Part shown: positions 50,856 to 63,422 of the stretch, piece by piece
Layout: every line of letters begins with the position of its first letter
Numbering within the stretch: position 1 is the first letter of the stretch
Source of the DNA: Octopus sinensis
Lineage: Eukaryota
Direction of reading: 5' to 3'
Assembly: GCF_006345805.1 (NCBI RefSeq)
Contig: NC_042998.1
Span: 174,964,001 to 175,028,000, forward strand
Length of the DNA stretch: 64,000 nucleotides
Translations under genes and position numbers: made by a program
Notes under the pieces: generated by a model
The model's input: the letters and a program-made list of their open reading frames with translations, nothing else
The model's database searches: none
What the model was told of the DNA's origin: nothing

Positions 50856-53800
50856 GTCTAGAGTGCTGCAGATCTTGGGAAGAAAGATTAGGAAAAGTAT
50901 TGAGGTATAGGATTTGGGGTTGGTTGTAGACATGAAGGTGTTGGGAAGTGGAGATATGGATGTATTGGGTAGGCTATTGTAGTAGTGATAAAAAGGCAGG
51001 AAAATGATATGACTCCTTAAGGGTTTTTGTAATTAATGCCAAAATGTTTGCTAAACTTATTTTCTACTAAACTATTTTGTAACTTTTTCTATGTAGTGTA
51101 CCATACTGAAATATTTCTTTTTTAGTTATGATAGAGCCACTGCAATTTTGGAGCAATAATTTTACAAGAAATCTGTTTTATATTAAAGCTTTGTTAAGAT
51201 ATGCCATGAGTGTTGATGTCCTATGAACTTTCTTTTGTGTTGGTGAAAAGAAGTTTTATTTTACCAGACAAACAAACTTTGTATATGCATGCTGTGTCAT
51301 GTTGCACAAATGTTTTGTCCCTTAATTAAAATGACATAAGAGTAATGACAAAGATATTTGATACAAACCTGAAAAGTTTCAGAAATTCACAATAACTGAG
51401 AGGTTACATTTGTCCTGGTGGCATTAAGAATTATCTGAGGGATAACAAGAAAGGAAAAGAAAAGAAAAGGAAAATAACTAAAAGTCAAAAAGATTTAGAT
51501 AAGAACTAGGTTAGTAAACATAAAAGACTGCCTGCTTATAGGCTAGATGTAAAATCTAATGAAACACAATGAGGTTTCATGGCAAAGCTGCAAGATACTG
51601 TCATACACACACATTACAGACATGAAAGTTGTGAAATGTTATAAAAGATGTATGTGGCTTTATAGATTGTAGAGTTACTTTAGGGCTTCTCAAGAAAGAA
51701 CAGATATGTATGGTCAAACAGAAATGATAGTGTGTCTTGTTGAGACTGATTTAACAGATCTATAATCAATCTTCCAACTGTGACCAACCTGTCTTCTTGT
51801 ATATCTAGGATTACATTATCTAATGTGTCCTTCCCATTTTAAGATAGTAGTTATGGGGGAAGGGGTTAGCTGCTGTTTTTAGCAATTCAAGCAGTCACAT
51901 TGAAGCTTCCACATTAGCTTAACATAATGCATTATACATTTCGTGAATGAACACAGGTAAAAGTAACCTTTTCATCTTCCTGCATAAGTCATCTCTAGTG
52001 TTAGTAATTTGAGCAATCACATTGAAGCTTCTGTGTATATTATGTCGCTATATGTTGCTAACTGGAAGTATATCTTGAGCTATCAGAGTATATGATTTTT
52101 ATTAATATTTCCAATATTTTACTTCATCCTTTCCGAGTTAATAAAATAATATCCAGGATTTTCTAAAGTTGACTCTACAACCATATCCTATGAAATTGAC
52201 AAAATCCTGCTTATGCTGGAAATCTTTGATATTTTCTTCACAGTCCTGTTTGATGCTAACACTGGAAGTCAAGCTGACATTCTGGGTACATATTACTGTA
52301 CATTTTAGCATTCCACTGGCACTACAGTGGTTGTCCTATGTAGAACGACAAGTGTCCCTTTTATCCGATATCAGTTCCTATTCAAAGTTACTACCATTGT
52401 AGATGGGTAACCTGTGATGTGACTTGCAGAGTCTGTGTCTTACCTATATGTTCCAATTTTGACATGGTTTCTACATCTGGATACCCTTATCACCAACCAC
52501 TCTAGGGAGTTTACAGGGTGCATTTTATCAAGCTACTGACTCTAGAAGATTTGACCCATGCAGTAGGATTAGAAACCCCTTTCTACTGTCTGCCCATTCT
52601 TACTTGGAATTACTGCCTTCTTCTTTACCATGGTCAACTTTTTTATTGTGTATATTGTTATTTTTGGTAGGTTCCTTAGTTTCTTACTGCTGGATATGTT
52701 CCTATCACCAAACCACTTTACAAGAGGGATTCGTTGTATTTTATCATTGTTCCAATTTAGAGAGTTGCTCCAGGGCTTTTGTTGTTTAGCAGGCAGCCAT
52801 TTCAATCTGATATAGATGGGCATGTTCCCTCTGACATGGATGGATAGAGTGTCTTGATGGTACTAGGTAGAGGCTCAGGAAATTTAACTTCCAAGCTTTT
52901 TTTCCTAGAGGAATTCTTAGATATGAATATTCTTACTTAAGAAATATTTATATTGACAACTGTTTCAAAACTTCTTAGAAATAGCAAAAGGATGTAGATG
53001 TGTCATTTTCTCATCAAGACTTGAATAGTAAGAAAACAAATATCTATTTATTCAATGCATGTTTTATAAAATTCAGATGGCATTTATGTAAAAGTTATTT
53101 AGAAACATTGGTTTGTAATTCATATTAAGAAGGGCAAGTGAAATTGAAATCGAAATCAAACTTGGTGACTGGCATCTGTTGCTTGTGGAGCACTAAGAGT
53201 ACCATACAAGTGAGATCATTGCCAGAGCAACAAGCTGGCCTTCGTGCCGATGGCACGTTAAAAACACCATTCGAACGTGATCGTTACCTGCGTCGTCTTA
53301 CTAGCACTTGTGCTGGTGGCACAGGAAAAAAACTTTTGAGCGAGATCGTTGCTAGTGCCTCTGGACTGGCTCCTGTGCAGGTGGCACATAAAAAAGCACC
53401 ATTTGAGCGTGGCCATTGCCAGTACCACCTAATTGGCCCTCGTTCCGGTGGCACGTAAAGGCACCCACTACACTCTCAAAGTGGTTGGGATTAGGAAGGG
53501 AATCCAGCTGTAGAAACTCTGTCAGATCAGATTGGAGTCTGGTTCGCCAGACCTCAATCAAATCGTCCAACCCATGCTAGCATGGAAAGCGGATGTTAAA
53601 CAATGATGTTGATGATGATGAAGTATATTATTTCACATTATATAATTTTGTATATTCAACCAGGTAAAATATAACCAGGAATATGTAGATATGTGTTTGC
53701 CATTAACTCTTGTGCTTCTTATATTGTTGTGATCTTTGTTTAGCCATAAGGTCATCTCTAACTATAGTTCTGTAATCAAACACGCTAGCTGTTACTATCC

Positions 53801-55174
53801 CATTTTTTGTACACATACGCATTATCTAGAACTGCATTATTCAATATAACTTTCATGTTTGAAGATGGTATGATATAATTTGAGGAAGGTTTAGCTCCTG
53901 TGCCTAATAGGCTGACCCAAAGCATATAGGTTCCCTTGTTGGTTCATGTACTTGTTTTGATGATAGTTATGTAGTTTCAGTATGTCAGGTTTTAATTGCC
54001 CCTTTTGTGCCACCTCACCAGTGGTTGGCATTAGGAAGGGCACCGGCTGTAAAAACTATGCCAAAACATACAATAGAGCTTGACGTAGTCTTTTGACTTT
54101 CCAGTTCCTGTCAAACCATCCAACCCATGTCAGCATGGAAGGAGGATGTTAAATGATGATGATGATCATCATGATCCTAATATTTGTTTCTTCATGCTGA
54201 CATGGGTTAGATGCATCTACAGCACAGCCTATTTCCTGGAAGGACACTGAAAACCAGTACTATTATAAGTTATATATATGCACATGCACATACAAACATC
54301 ACATCTGCTTACACACAGCTCTGTAAACACATACTCACACAGATATAAACAAAATATTATCTTATCGTTATCACTCTTCTCATGCCTGATTGTGTATCTA
54401 GTTAGTCATTTATATATAAGTCTCTTCCATTCTTATTATCTAAAAGAGCAATGAAAAGTTTAATGCACATACATAAACAGATAAGCAGACAAACCATATT
54501 TTACATTCATGTGGAAGTTATTAAAATTCCATTGCTGTCATTATAAAAATGAAAATTAGATTTCCTAAATTTTGAATTACTACGATAAAGACTGTTGAAA
54601 AATTAATTTTCAATATCATAATAAATCTCAAAGGATTTATCATTAAAGTTTTTAAGAGAACTTTTCCAGCTCTGTGCATTTAAAATAAATCATATACTAT
54701 TTTACAATCTGTGTCTTTTCTCAAGTCAACTTGGATCCCTGATCCCATCCTATATGTAACTACATGTACTTCTATGATGCAAAACTTCTCATTCTAAAGT
54801 GTTTCTATATGATTTAACAAGTTCTAGTGTATCAAACACTGATTTCTTCAAATTCTTGATTGTCTTTAAAATCAATATAAATACTTAGACAATATGTTTT
54901 GTTAAAAATATGGTTGGAAAAGATTTAAAGAAACTGACATGGAACCAAACAGAATTCTTATCTCTAAAATAAACTGCAAACATGTGTACAATTTCTCAAG
55001 TTAGAATATAATATGCTAGGAATGTATGTTGTATGATAGTAAATATCCCCCTTGACATAGCTCTTAATATGTAAAATATTTTGAATCTTCTACAGTATGC
55101 TTTTTTCTCAACTTCATTATGTTAAACAGATGCTACCTGAGAAAAAAATAGACTTTTTTGTCTAATGATGATTA

Positions 55175-55210
<36 letters not shown>

Positions 55211-57659
55211 CATACATATGCATGTATGACATTATTAGAATTTTATAAAATTCAAGTGAATGTGATATAATACTTTAAAAAAAAAATTTTTTTTTTGAAC
55301 ATTGGCTCTTGAAGCACATCACACATAGTTCTTTTTATACAGCTGTAAATATTGGGTGAAAACATTTTTTGAGATAGAAATGACCTTTGACTTTTTCTAT
55401 AAAAAAAAAAACGGTTTTTCAATCCTTATTTACATGCTGTTATTTATAGCTTTATGTGATATGCCTTGATAACCAATGTTAACCATAAAAAAACAAAAAA
55501 CAAACGAACAAAAAAAAAAACAATGTATACCAGCCACTAAATAACTACTGAAGGTGAAGTATGCTTACTGCTACTGTCTTGATATTTGATGTTAGTTGTT
55601 ATAAGGTAGGGTATCAATCTGTAAAACAACAAATGTTAGTGTTTTACTGGCAAATATTCAAAATTGCAAACTTGTCCACCACTCCAGTGCATACCAAGAA
55701 TGAGAATCTGAATGGCTGTGTGTGTGTGTTGGTGTAAATGTCTGCATGATGTAGATTTTGGTATGCAAGTTATTGGGAAAGGATCTAAAGTTGTTTTCGT
55801 GGGTGTTGAGAATGGGTTAAATTCTGAGCATTGTTTACAAGAGTGGTACTCAGCATTCATTAATATCTTGTCATTCTTACTACTAAACAATGTTTTGAAG
55901 CTTGGAAGCATTTCTGAAATGATGAATGGCAAAGAAAAAAAGGAAGAATAAAATAGGAGAAAAAGAAAGAAAGAAAGCACAGAGTGGCAACAAGAAAATA
56001 GAATTCTAATCTCAATAAAGACAAACTTATATGACAATATTTGAATCTGATTTGCACCCTTATATTTATTAAACAAAAGTGAGAACAAGAATTTAACAGT
56101 CTAAGCAGTAGAAAGTTTGTTTTTCTCTCTTTGCAATTTTACATAATTTTTCTGTAAAGGCATGGGTGGGTTAGTTTATGTTGCATCAGTCTGTTTCTTC
56201 TTAGAAAGCTTTCGTCAACCTAAACTGAGAAGTTTAATGATTTGAATGTATTTGAATGATTGACAGTTAGGGTTTGTCACAAAGACCAACCACACTTTAT
56301 AATGGTGCATTGTGATACAATTTAAGATTTAAAGTATGTCCTCTGTTGTTAAGACAGATATTTAGAAGACTCATTGTTGACCTGATGCACTGTTCTTAGT
56401 TTAAGTAGGTCCACTTTGCATTCATGTTGTACTCATGCAAACTAGTCACATGGAGATAGTCAGTTGAATACTGAAGAGCAAGATCTAGATCAGTTACCAA
56501 GTGTCACATTTCAGACTGTTCTGATGCCATGCTGCACATTTTACTATGCTTGAGTTGTGTTAAGTTAGAGCATGTTGGATCTATTTTACCATGAAGTAAT
56601 AGAGAGTACTAGTTTTTTAAGATTGTCTTTCCTAACTTATTAAATAGGAGTACAAATACATGTCATTCAAGCATAGCTTGATGGTCATTTTAGTAAGACT
56701 TGAACTCTTGACTAAGTGGTCAGAAACTAAGATTTTCAGTTAGCAGTTATGTAAAGTGAAATAAGGATGCAAATATAGTTATAAAGCTTCATATTCAAAT
56801 GGTTAAGTATGATATTCATACATTCTAAGAGCATATAATAGGGAGGCTGAAATTAATATCCAAAGACAAATATAGCAATAACTGATATTCCTATCAGTTA
56901 TTGCTTCATTATCATCTTATATTTCAATTATCTACACAGAAGTTATAGTACTCCTATAAATGTATATTATCTGCAGTTTTCTTTCTGTGTTTTATTTTAT
57001 GACATAATTCTTGAGATCTTCCAGTACAACTTCACCAAATATTTTTTCCGTGCCTTATGTGGGTCTTGTATAGTGTGAACCCAGTAACTGGTCTATTTCC
57101 TGAACCAAGATTTTATATCAGTAGGATGTCTGTTTGAGATTATATATATATATATATGTAGCGAGAGAGAGAGAGAGAGAGAGAGAGCAATAAGAAAATT
57201 GAGGGAATCAATAGGTGGTTCATCAACTTTTAGACATTATATTATGTCAACTTATTTATTTATTTACTAAGATGATAATTACAATAATATACATAGATGT
57301 ATAGCATATTATGCTTTACATATAAAATATATTAATATATAAATATACCAGTAATTATTAAAATATAACATACAGGAATATAAATTGGGAAAATAACTTA
57401 CAGCAGTTTCAGCCAAGAGAGAAAAAAACAGAATATGAATCAAAGAATTTTCTTCTTTCTTTTTTCTCAAAGAAACACTAAAATTTCCTTCTCAAACATC
57501 CACCCATCACCTCACCACTTTCAAAAAGCTACAAACTCCCACTGTTTCACTTTTAGCTTTTTGGAAAGCGGAGAAGCTTCTTCAGAAATAATGTTGTTTA
57601 CCTGTTGTTTTTAGCATCTCAGGTTTTCTGGTGGTGCTCTAATATTATTTTACATTTGC

Positions 57660-58322
57660 TGTTTCTTTTCTACTCTAGACACAAGGCCCAAAATTTTGGG
57701 GGAGGGGGGGCAGTCGATTAGATCAACCCCAGTATGGAACTGGTACTTAATTTATTGACCCCGAAAGGATGAAAGGCAAAGTTGACCTCGGCGGAATTTG
57801 AACTCAGAGCATAAAGACAGACGAAATACTGCTAAGCATTTTGCCCAGTGTGCTAACGTTTCTGCCAGCTTGCCACCTTTTACATCTGCTATTTCAGTAC
57901 AATTCTACGCATGCGTGAAACATCAGATGAATGTGAAACATTAGGTATTAAAAGTGAGTAGATGATGAGTGTGCAAGGTAGGTGAAGGGGCATTGAGTGT
58001 TTCTTTAAGAAAAATTAAACATTAAAGAAAAATATATTTCCGAGATTCGTAATCTCTGTATTTTTCTACACAGATAAAAAAAATAAAAAATTCATAAATG
58101 AGTTACAAATTAAGAAATTGTTGTGGGGACGGGGGAAGCTAAAATTTTGAAAATGTGATTTCTGGGCAAAATTGTATTTCCCCCATTTTATATATTAAAA
58201 CAATACATAGTTTGTGATCCTTCTTAAGAACAGAAAGTACTTTCATGCAAACCCATGCAAATTGTACCCTCCCCTTTTCACTTTTAAACAAATAGTAACT
58301 TCCATTACGCTAGTAATCCAGT

Positions 58323-58353
<31 letters not shown>

Positions 58354-59105
58354 CAGTTGTGCTGCTCTGCCTATAAGAAAGGAACAAATAATACTATATG
58401 GCTGTATGTCATAACACCCTGGCAACGCCAGGATGCATTGCTAGTGTGTGTGTGTGTATATTATTAATATTTAGCAGAAGTGAGTGCATTAACACTTACC
58501 AAACTAGTTACAGATTAAGGGGTTGTAAATTTATATACTGATGATAATAGTATTCCTATCCAGGGAGATACTATCATTACTGGTATATAATTTTACAACT
58601 CCTTGATCTGTAACTAGTTCAATAAGTGCCCATGTATGAAACCCTTAACCTTTCAGTCACCCTCACTTTTGCTAAATATTAATAATAATGGTTTCAAATT
58701 TTGGCACAGGGCCAGCAGCTTTGGGGCACAGCTAAGTCGATTAAATCAACCCCAATGTCCAACTGGTACTTATTTTATCGACCCTGGTGGTATTTGAATG
58801 CAGAACAAGAAGACAGACAAAATACTGCTAAGAATTTTGTCCGGCATGCTAACAATTCTGTCAGCTCACTGCCTTAATAATAATAATAATAATACTTTCT
58901 ACTATAGACACAAGGTCTGAAATTTTGGTGAAGGGGACTAGTCAATTAAATCAATCCCCAGTGTTTCACTGGTACTTAATTTATTGACCCTGAAAGGGTG
59001 AAAGGCAAAGTTAACCTCTATGGAATTTGAACTCAGAATGTGCAGACACATGAAGTGCTGCAAAGGATTTCGCCTGGCATGCTAACAATTCTGCCACCTC
59101 ACCAC
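57660..59105 (-). mobile_element. Cluster of three family-2 SINE copies (57660-57880, 58680-58875, 58893-59105)
   Basis: Reverse complement of ctggcaga...gagttcaaattcc...ctttcatcctttc motifs. Confidence 0.85.
58493..58628. other. Long hairpin / foldback (~55-bp core stem 58502-58619)
   Basis: aactagttacagattaaggggttgtaaatttatatac pairs with gtatataattttacaactccttgatctgtaactagtt. Confidence 0.9.
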
Positions 59106-60279
59106 AATAATAATAATAATAATAATAATAATAATTATATATATATATATATATATATGAAGGCAGATAGTCATTAGTTTAAATGTAGCTCAATGGCTTT
59201 GTACTCCAAACATATTGCTCTGTTAACACAATGTTTGGACATCTGTTATCTACAGGGAGTTTTTAACGGGTCTCTGTATTGGCTATTAATAGGTTGTCAC
59301 ATGCTCAATGCCAAAACTGATGATGATGGTAGTAGTGGTGGTAATAGATAGCTGAATGTTTTGGTTTGTTGAACTTCATTTTCTTTAATTTCTTCTCCAC
59401 TTACATCTAAATAATGTATATATGGATACAATAAGGAATAAAGTAGAGCTTGTATTTTAAACCTAAGACTTTCACTTTGCATCTTGTTCTTCACTCCGCA
59501 GTCTCAGTATCAGCATATTTACCACTATAGTCTTCCGCTCTAAGCTGTCATGAGTCATTATTATCACCATGTACATGAAACTGATGCGCTGCCGACTGAC
59601 CTATGCCATCATTATTATCACTTTGTTTTCACTGCCATTGCCACTATCTGCATCAGCATTTTTTATTCATTTATTTTTAGATTGTTAGACATCTTTAATA
59701 TTTTTCAACGTAGAAAATGGTATGCTTTTATAAACTACATACAAGAATGAAACACTCCTCTTAAAAAACGAATAACCTTCTGGTCTAAGGAAGTGGCCTT
59801 TGGTGATGTCAAATTACCATGATTTATTACAAGCTCTCTAAGATACCAATCCTTTTAAAACTAAAGAAATGTTTCTTTTTAGTCTGGAAAGATATAGAGA
59901 GAAAAAAATAATTTCTAAGGTTTTAAATGAATAATAGAATTTTCAGAGTCTTCTAGTTATAAAAAGATAAAATTCTTTCATAATTTTTCTTGTGGGTTTT
60001 GTTGACTGTAGAAGGAAGGAGGTAAAAGTGAATAATGGTTTTGTCAGTACTAGATAAGGAGGCAAACATGACTCATTGAGTTCAGAATAAAAGCACTTAA
60101 TATAGTTTCTGTGTCTTAGAACAGTTTGATGATGTAGGAAAGGATGTGTGCCAAGTAACAGATGAATAACATGGACACCACAGATATTTTAAAGGGATCA
60201 GCAAGATTTTTTTAAATAGTTTAACAACAACTGCTGTTCTGCACATTTTTTGTTTTCTCTGTTTCTTGACTGAGTTTAG

Positions 60280-60313
60280 ACAAGAAAGTATCCAAATCTT
60301 GGTTGGATATTTG
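60280..60313 (+). CDS. Candidate 34-nt exon (QESIQILVGYL if phase 2 to 0)
   Basis: Long pyrimidine tract with tttag|, strong donor TTG|GTAAGC. Confidence 0.5.
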
Positions 60314-60659
60314 GTAAGCGAAGAGAGAACATGAGTTGCTGATGGAGTGGTTGATATGCGATTTTGGTGTTTTTATAATATTGAGATGGAAATTTTATGA
60401 GAATTCTGAGAATGATTTAGGGCAGTGGATTGGCAGAATTAGAGTAGTGTCAGACAAAATACCTGTGATATTTAATTACATCTCTTTAAATACCGAGTTC
60501 AGATCCCTCTGCAGTCAACTTTACCTTTCATTTTTCTGGTGTCAATAATATACAAGTCCACTTGTAGTGAGTGGAAGTTGACATATATCCTTATAAGGCA
60601 TCCTAGACATGAATAAAGTTATAAAAGAAAACTCTTATTTATTTATCTTTTTTTTATAG

Positions 60660-60845
60660 TTACTCAGGGGAGGTTGGGTCTCTACAAGCCCTTTCTACAG
60701 CAGAGATATTAAAATACTTGATGGCCACTTTAAGCAGCTGTTAGTCAAAGTCTGCAAGAAATATACGAGCTGGAATGGAATTACCTTGAGTGGTATTTCT
60801 GAGGGAAAAGGATTGGCTTTCAGTGTTCACTGCGTGCTGTGGAAG
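60660..60845 (+). CDS. Candidate 186-nt exon LLRGGWVSTSPFYSRDIKILDGHFKQLLVKVCKKYTSWNGITLSGISEGKGLAFSVHCVLWK
   Basis: tttatcttttttttatag| acceptor, 62 open codons, AAG|GTGCGA donor, phase-compatible with 60280-60313. Confidence 0.55.
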
Positions 60846-60877
60846 GTGCGATACAGTTGTGACGATGAAATTTGAAT

Positions 60878-61115
60878 AGAGTAGAGCTGTATCACATTGT
60901 CATAAATACTGTAGGAGCAGTACTGTCTCATACATTGTCTTTGAATCCTGTTACAGTAAAGCTGTATCACATTGTCCTTGAATACTATCAGAGTAAAGAT
61001 ATATCTCGTTGTCCTTGAATACCAACAGAGTAGAGTTCCACCACAACTTTCTGAATAATGTCAGTTAGAGTTATATCTTCTTGTCCTGAATACAATCAGA
61101 GGAGAGCTATATCCT
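60878..61115. repeat. Diverged ~37-bp minisatellite, ~7 units
   Basis: agagtaRagctRtatcacattgtccttgaatac units start at about 60878, 60953, 60990, 61027, 61063 and 61098. Confidence 0.85.
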
Positions 61116-62519
61116 TTTAACAGCCAACTTATTCATGTTTGTCTTGTATGTCTGAAAAGCTGGTTGGAAAACAAGGATAGGCAGGAATTAGTGTTCCTGT
61201 TTGGTTTGCCACAACGAAGAGAATGTTGTTGCCCTTCACTATTGAATTACAATGAAAGTTGATACAGTACTTTACTGTTGATATGTTATGCATTTGTTCT
61301 AATTACCAAGCCATTGATTATCATTATTCAGACACTTTGACCATCTTGTTACCATATATATGTTGAAATATTTCAGTTAATTCTGAAAATAATGAAGAGT
61401 TTAATAAAATAACTTTGCTATTCCATGAAATCTTGATGGAATGTTTTTAATCTAGCTCACTTTAAACAAGAAAAATTCTACTATAGAACCAACAAGGGGT
61501 GGGCTTAAGTGGATTAGTATTAAAAGGGTTAAAGTAATAAAACAATTAATCAAATATATTTTGCTACCTAACCTGAAAGTTTTGTAAACTTTCCAGATCC
61601 AAATCATCAGTTAGTTATTTACTGTTGACTTTTTTTTCACTTATTTAGGTCCATGTGGTCTCTTGACTTGTCACAAATAGCTGCTAAATTTCTCCCTAAT
61701 CACATGCCACTGTTTCAATAAAGAAAGGACTCATTGAATAATGTAGTCCCAGATACAATATGCCTCAAGAAAAGTTGGAATGTTGTAGGTCACAAGCTTG
61801 CTTGATCAGGATTGTTCTGGGGTGAGGGGCACACGCAAATTATATCATACTATTTTTAGTATTCACCATCAATTTACTTATCTATAGTAGCTTCATAATT
61901 GAGATAATTCACTACTGAGTTCGTTCCTGCACTTGTTAATCATTCGACTGAGAAGCTATTGGGCCTTCTATATTACTGTATTATACAAACCCAGGGTTGT
62001 AAATCATTGTAAAGGCACACTGAAGGAGTAATCAAAAAGGCAAAAATGACAAAACTATTTGAGCTGTTTTGCTTACTCTTGCCCTCTGTTGTGACATTTC
62101 AAATACTGAAAACACTTCAAGGGCAATTGTTCAAATAGTTGTGATAACAAGAATCTCATTGAAAATGTTTTCTCTCAGTTTAAAGTCCACAAAGTTAAAT
62201 ACCTATATATTTGGTATACAGCAGAAATTGTTTCCCTATTATAAAATTCTTGTACATGTGTGTGTATGTTGATGATCTTGAAAAGGAATAAATAGCTTGC
62301 ATGCATCTCTAGTTAACTAGAAATTAGTTTAATTTTTTTGTTTTTAAGTAATATATAAATATATCTTGTGTATACAAATATATACGGGATTGCTATTGTT
62401 GAATTTGATGTTCCATGTAGATTATCTCCAAACAACAACAATAGTAAAACGTAGTTATAAATGATATAAGCAGATATTTATCAATTTATCATTCATTCAT
62501 ATATATATATATATCAATA

Positions 62520-62676
62520 TCATCATCATCATTTAACATCCGTTTTCCATGCAAGCATGGATTGGACGGTTCTATCAGGGTCTGGGAAGCCAGGAGGCTG
62601 CACCAGGCTCCAGTCTGATCTGGCAGTGTTTCTACAGCTGGATGCCCTTCCTAACGCCAACCACTCCATGAGTGTA
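62520..62676 (-). mobile_element. RTE 3'UTR terminal fragment with (GAT)n tail, fused to a 5S copy
   Basis: catcatcatcatttaacatccg...ggatgcccttcctaacgccaaccactccatgagtgta. Confidence 0.9.
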
Positions 62677-62788
62677 AGCACCTAGGTTTCTCAAGCAGTC
62701 ACCCATCTAAGTACTAACTAGTCTCGATGTTACTTAACTTCGGCGATCGTATGATAACCAGTGCTTTCAATGTGATATGGCTGTAAGC
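62677..62788 (-). pseudogene. Diverged 5S rRNA copy, lacking the last ~7 nt
   Basis: Reverse complement gcttacagccatatcacattgaaagcactggttatcatacgatcgccgaagttaagtaacatcgagactagttagtacttagatgggtgactgcttgagaaacctaggtgct is colinear with metazoan 5S rRNA, including box A and box C. Confidence 0.93.
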
Positions 62789-62857
62789 CATATCTATCTA
62801 TCTATCTATCTATCTATATATAACGGACGTTAAATGATGGTGATGATGATGATGATG

Positions 62858-62918
<61 letters not shown>

Positions 62919-63022
62919 TGGATTGAACAGGCTTTGAAATGCACATTATAAGGTTATTGCCCAGATGATATATGTATTTATGACTTTTTATACACAATAT
63001 GTAATGTGTATACTCTTTACTC

Positions 63023-63422
63023 TCTTTTACTCTTTTACTTGTTTCAGTCATTTGACTGCGGCCATGCTGGAGCACCGCCTTTAATCAAGCAACTCGACCC
63101 CGGGACTTATTCTTTGTAAGCCCAGTACTTATTCTATTGATCTCTTTTGCCGAACCGCTAAGTAACGGGGACATAAATACACCAGCATCGGTTGTCAAGC
63201 AATGCTAGGGGGACAAACACACAAACACACACACAAATATATATATATATATATATATACGACGGGCTTCTTTCAGTTTCCATCTACCAAATCCACTCAC
63301 AAGGCTTTAGTCGGCCCGGGGCTATAGCAGAAGACACTTGCCCAAGGTGCTATGCAGTGGGACTGAACCCGGAACCATGTGGTTGGTAAACAAGCTACTT
63401 ACCACACAGCCACTCCTGCGCC
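63023..63422 (-). mobile_element. CORE-like tRNA SINE, full length, young
   Basis: Same family as 27040-27432. Confidence 0.93.

Noticed and set aside
44430-59300. Additional plus-strand exon-like segments (~44430, 47524, 52229, 54727, 57025, 59260)
   Set aside because: Frames and donors are ambiguous; such matches are expected by chance in AT-rich introns.
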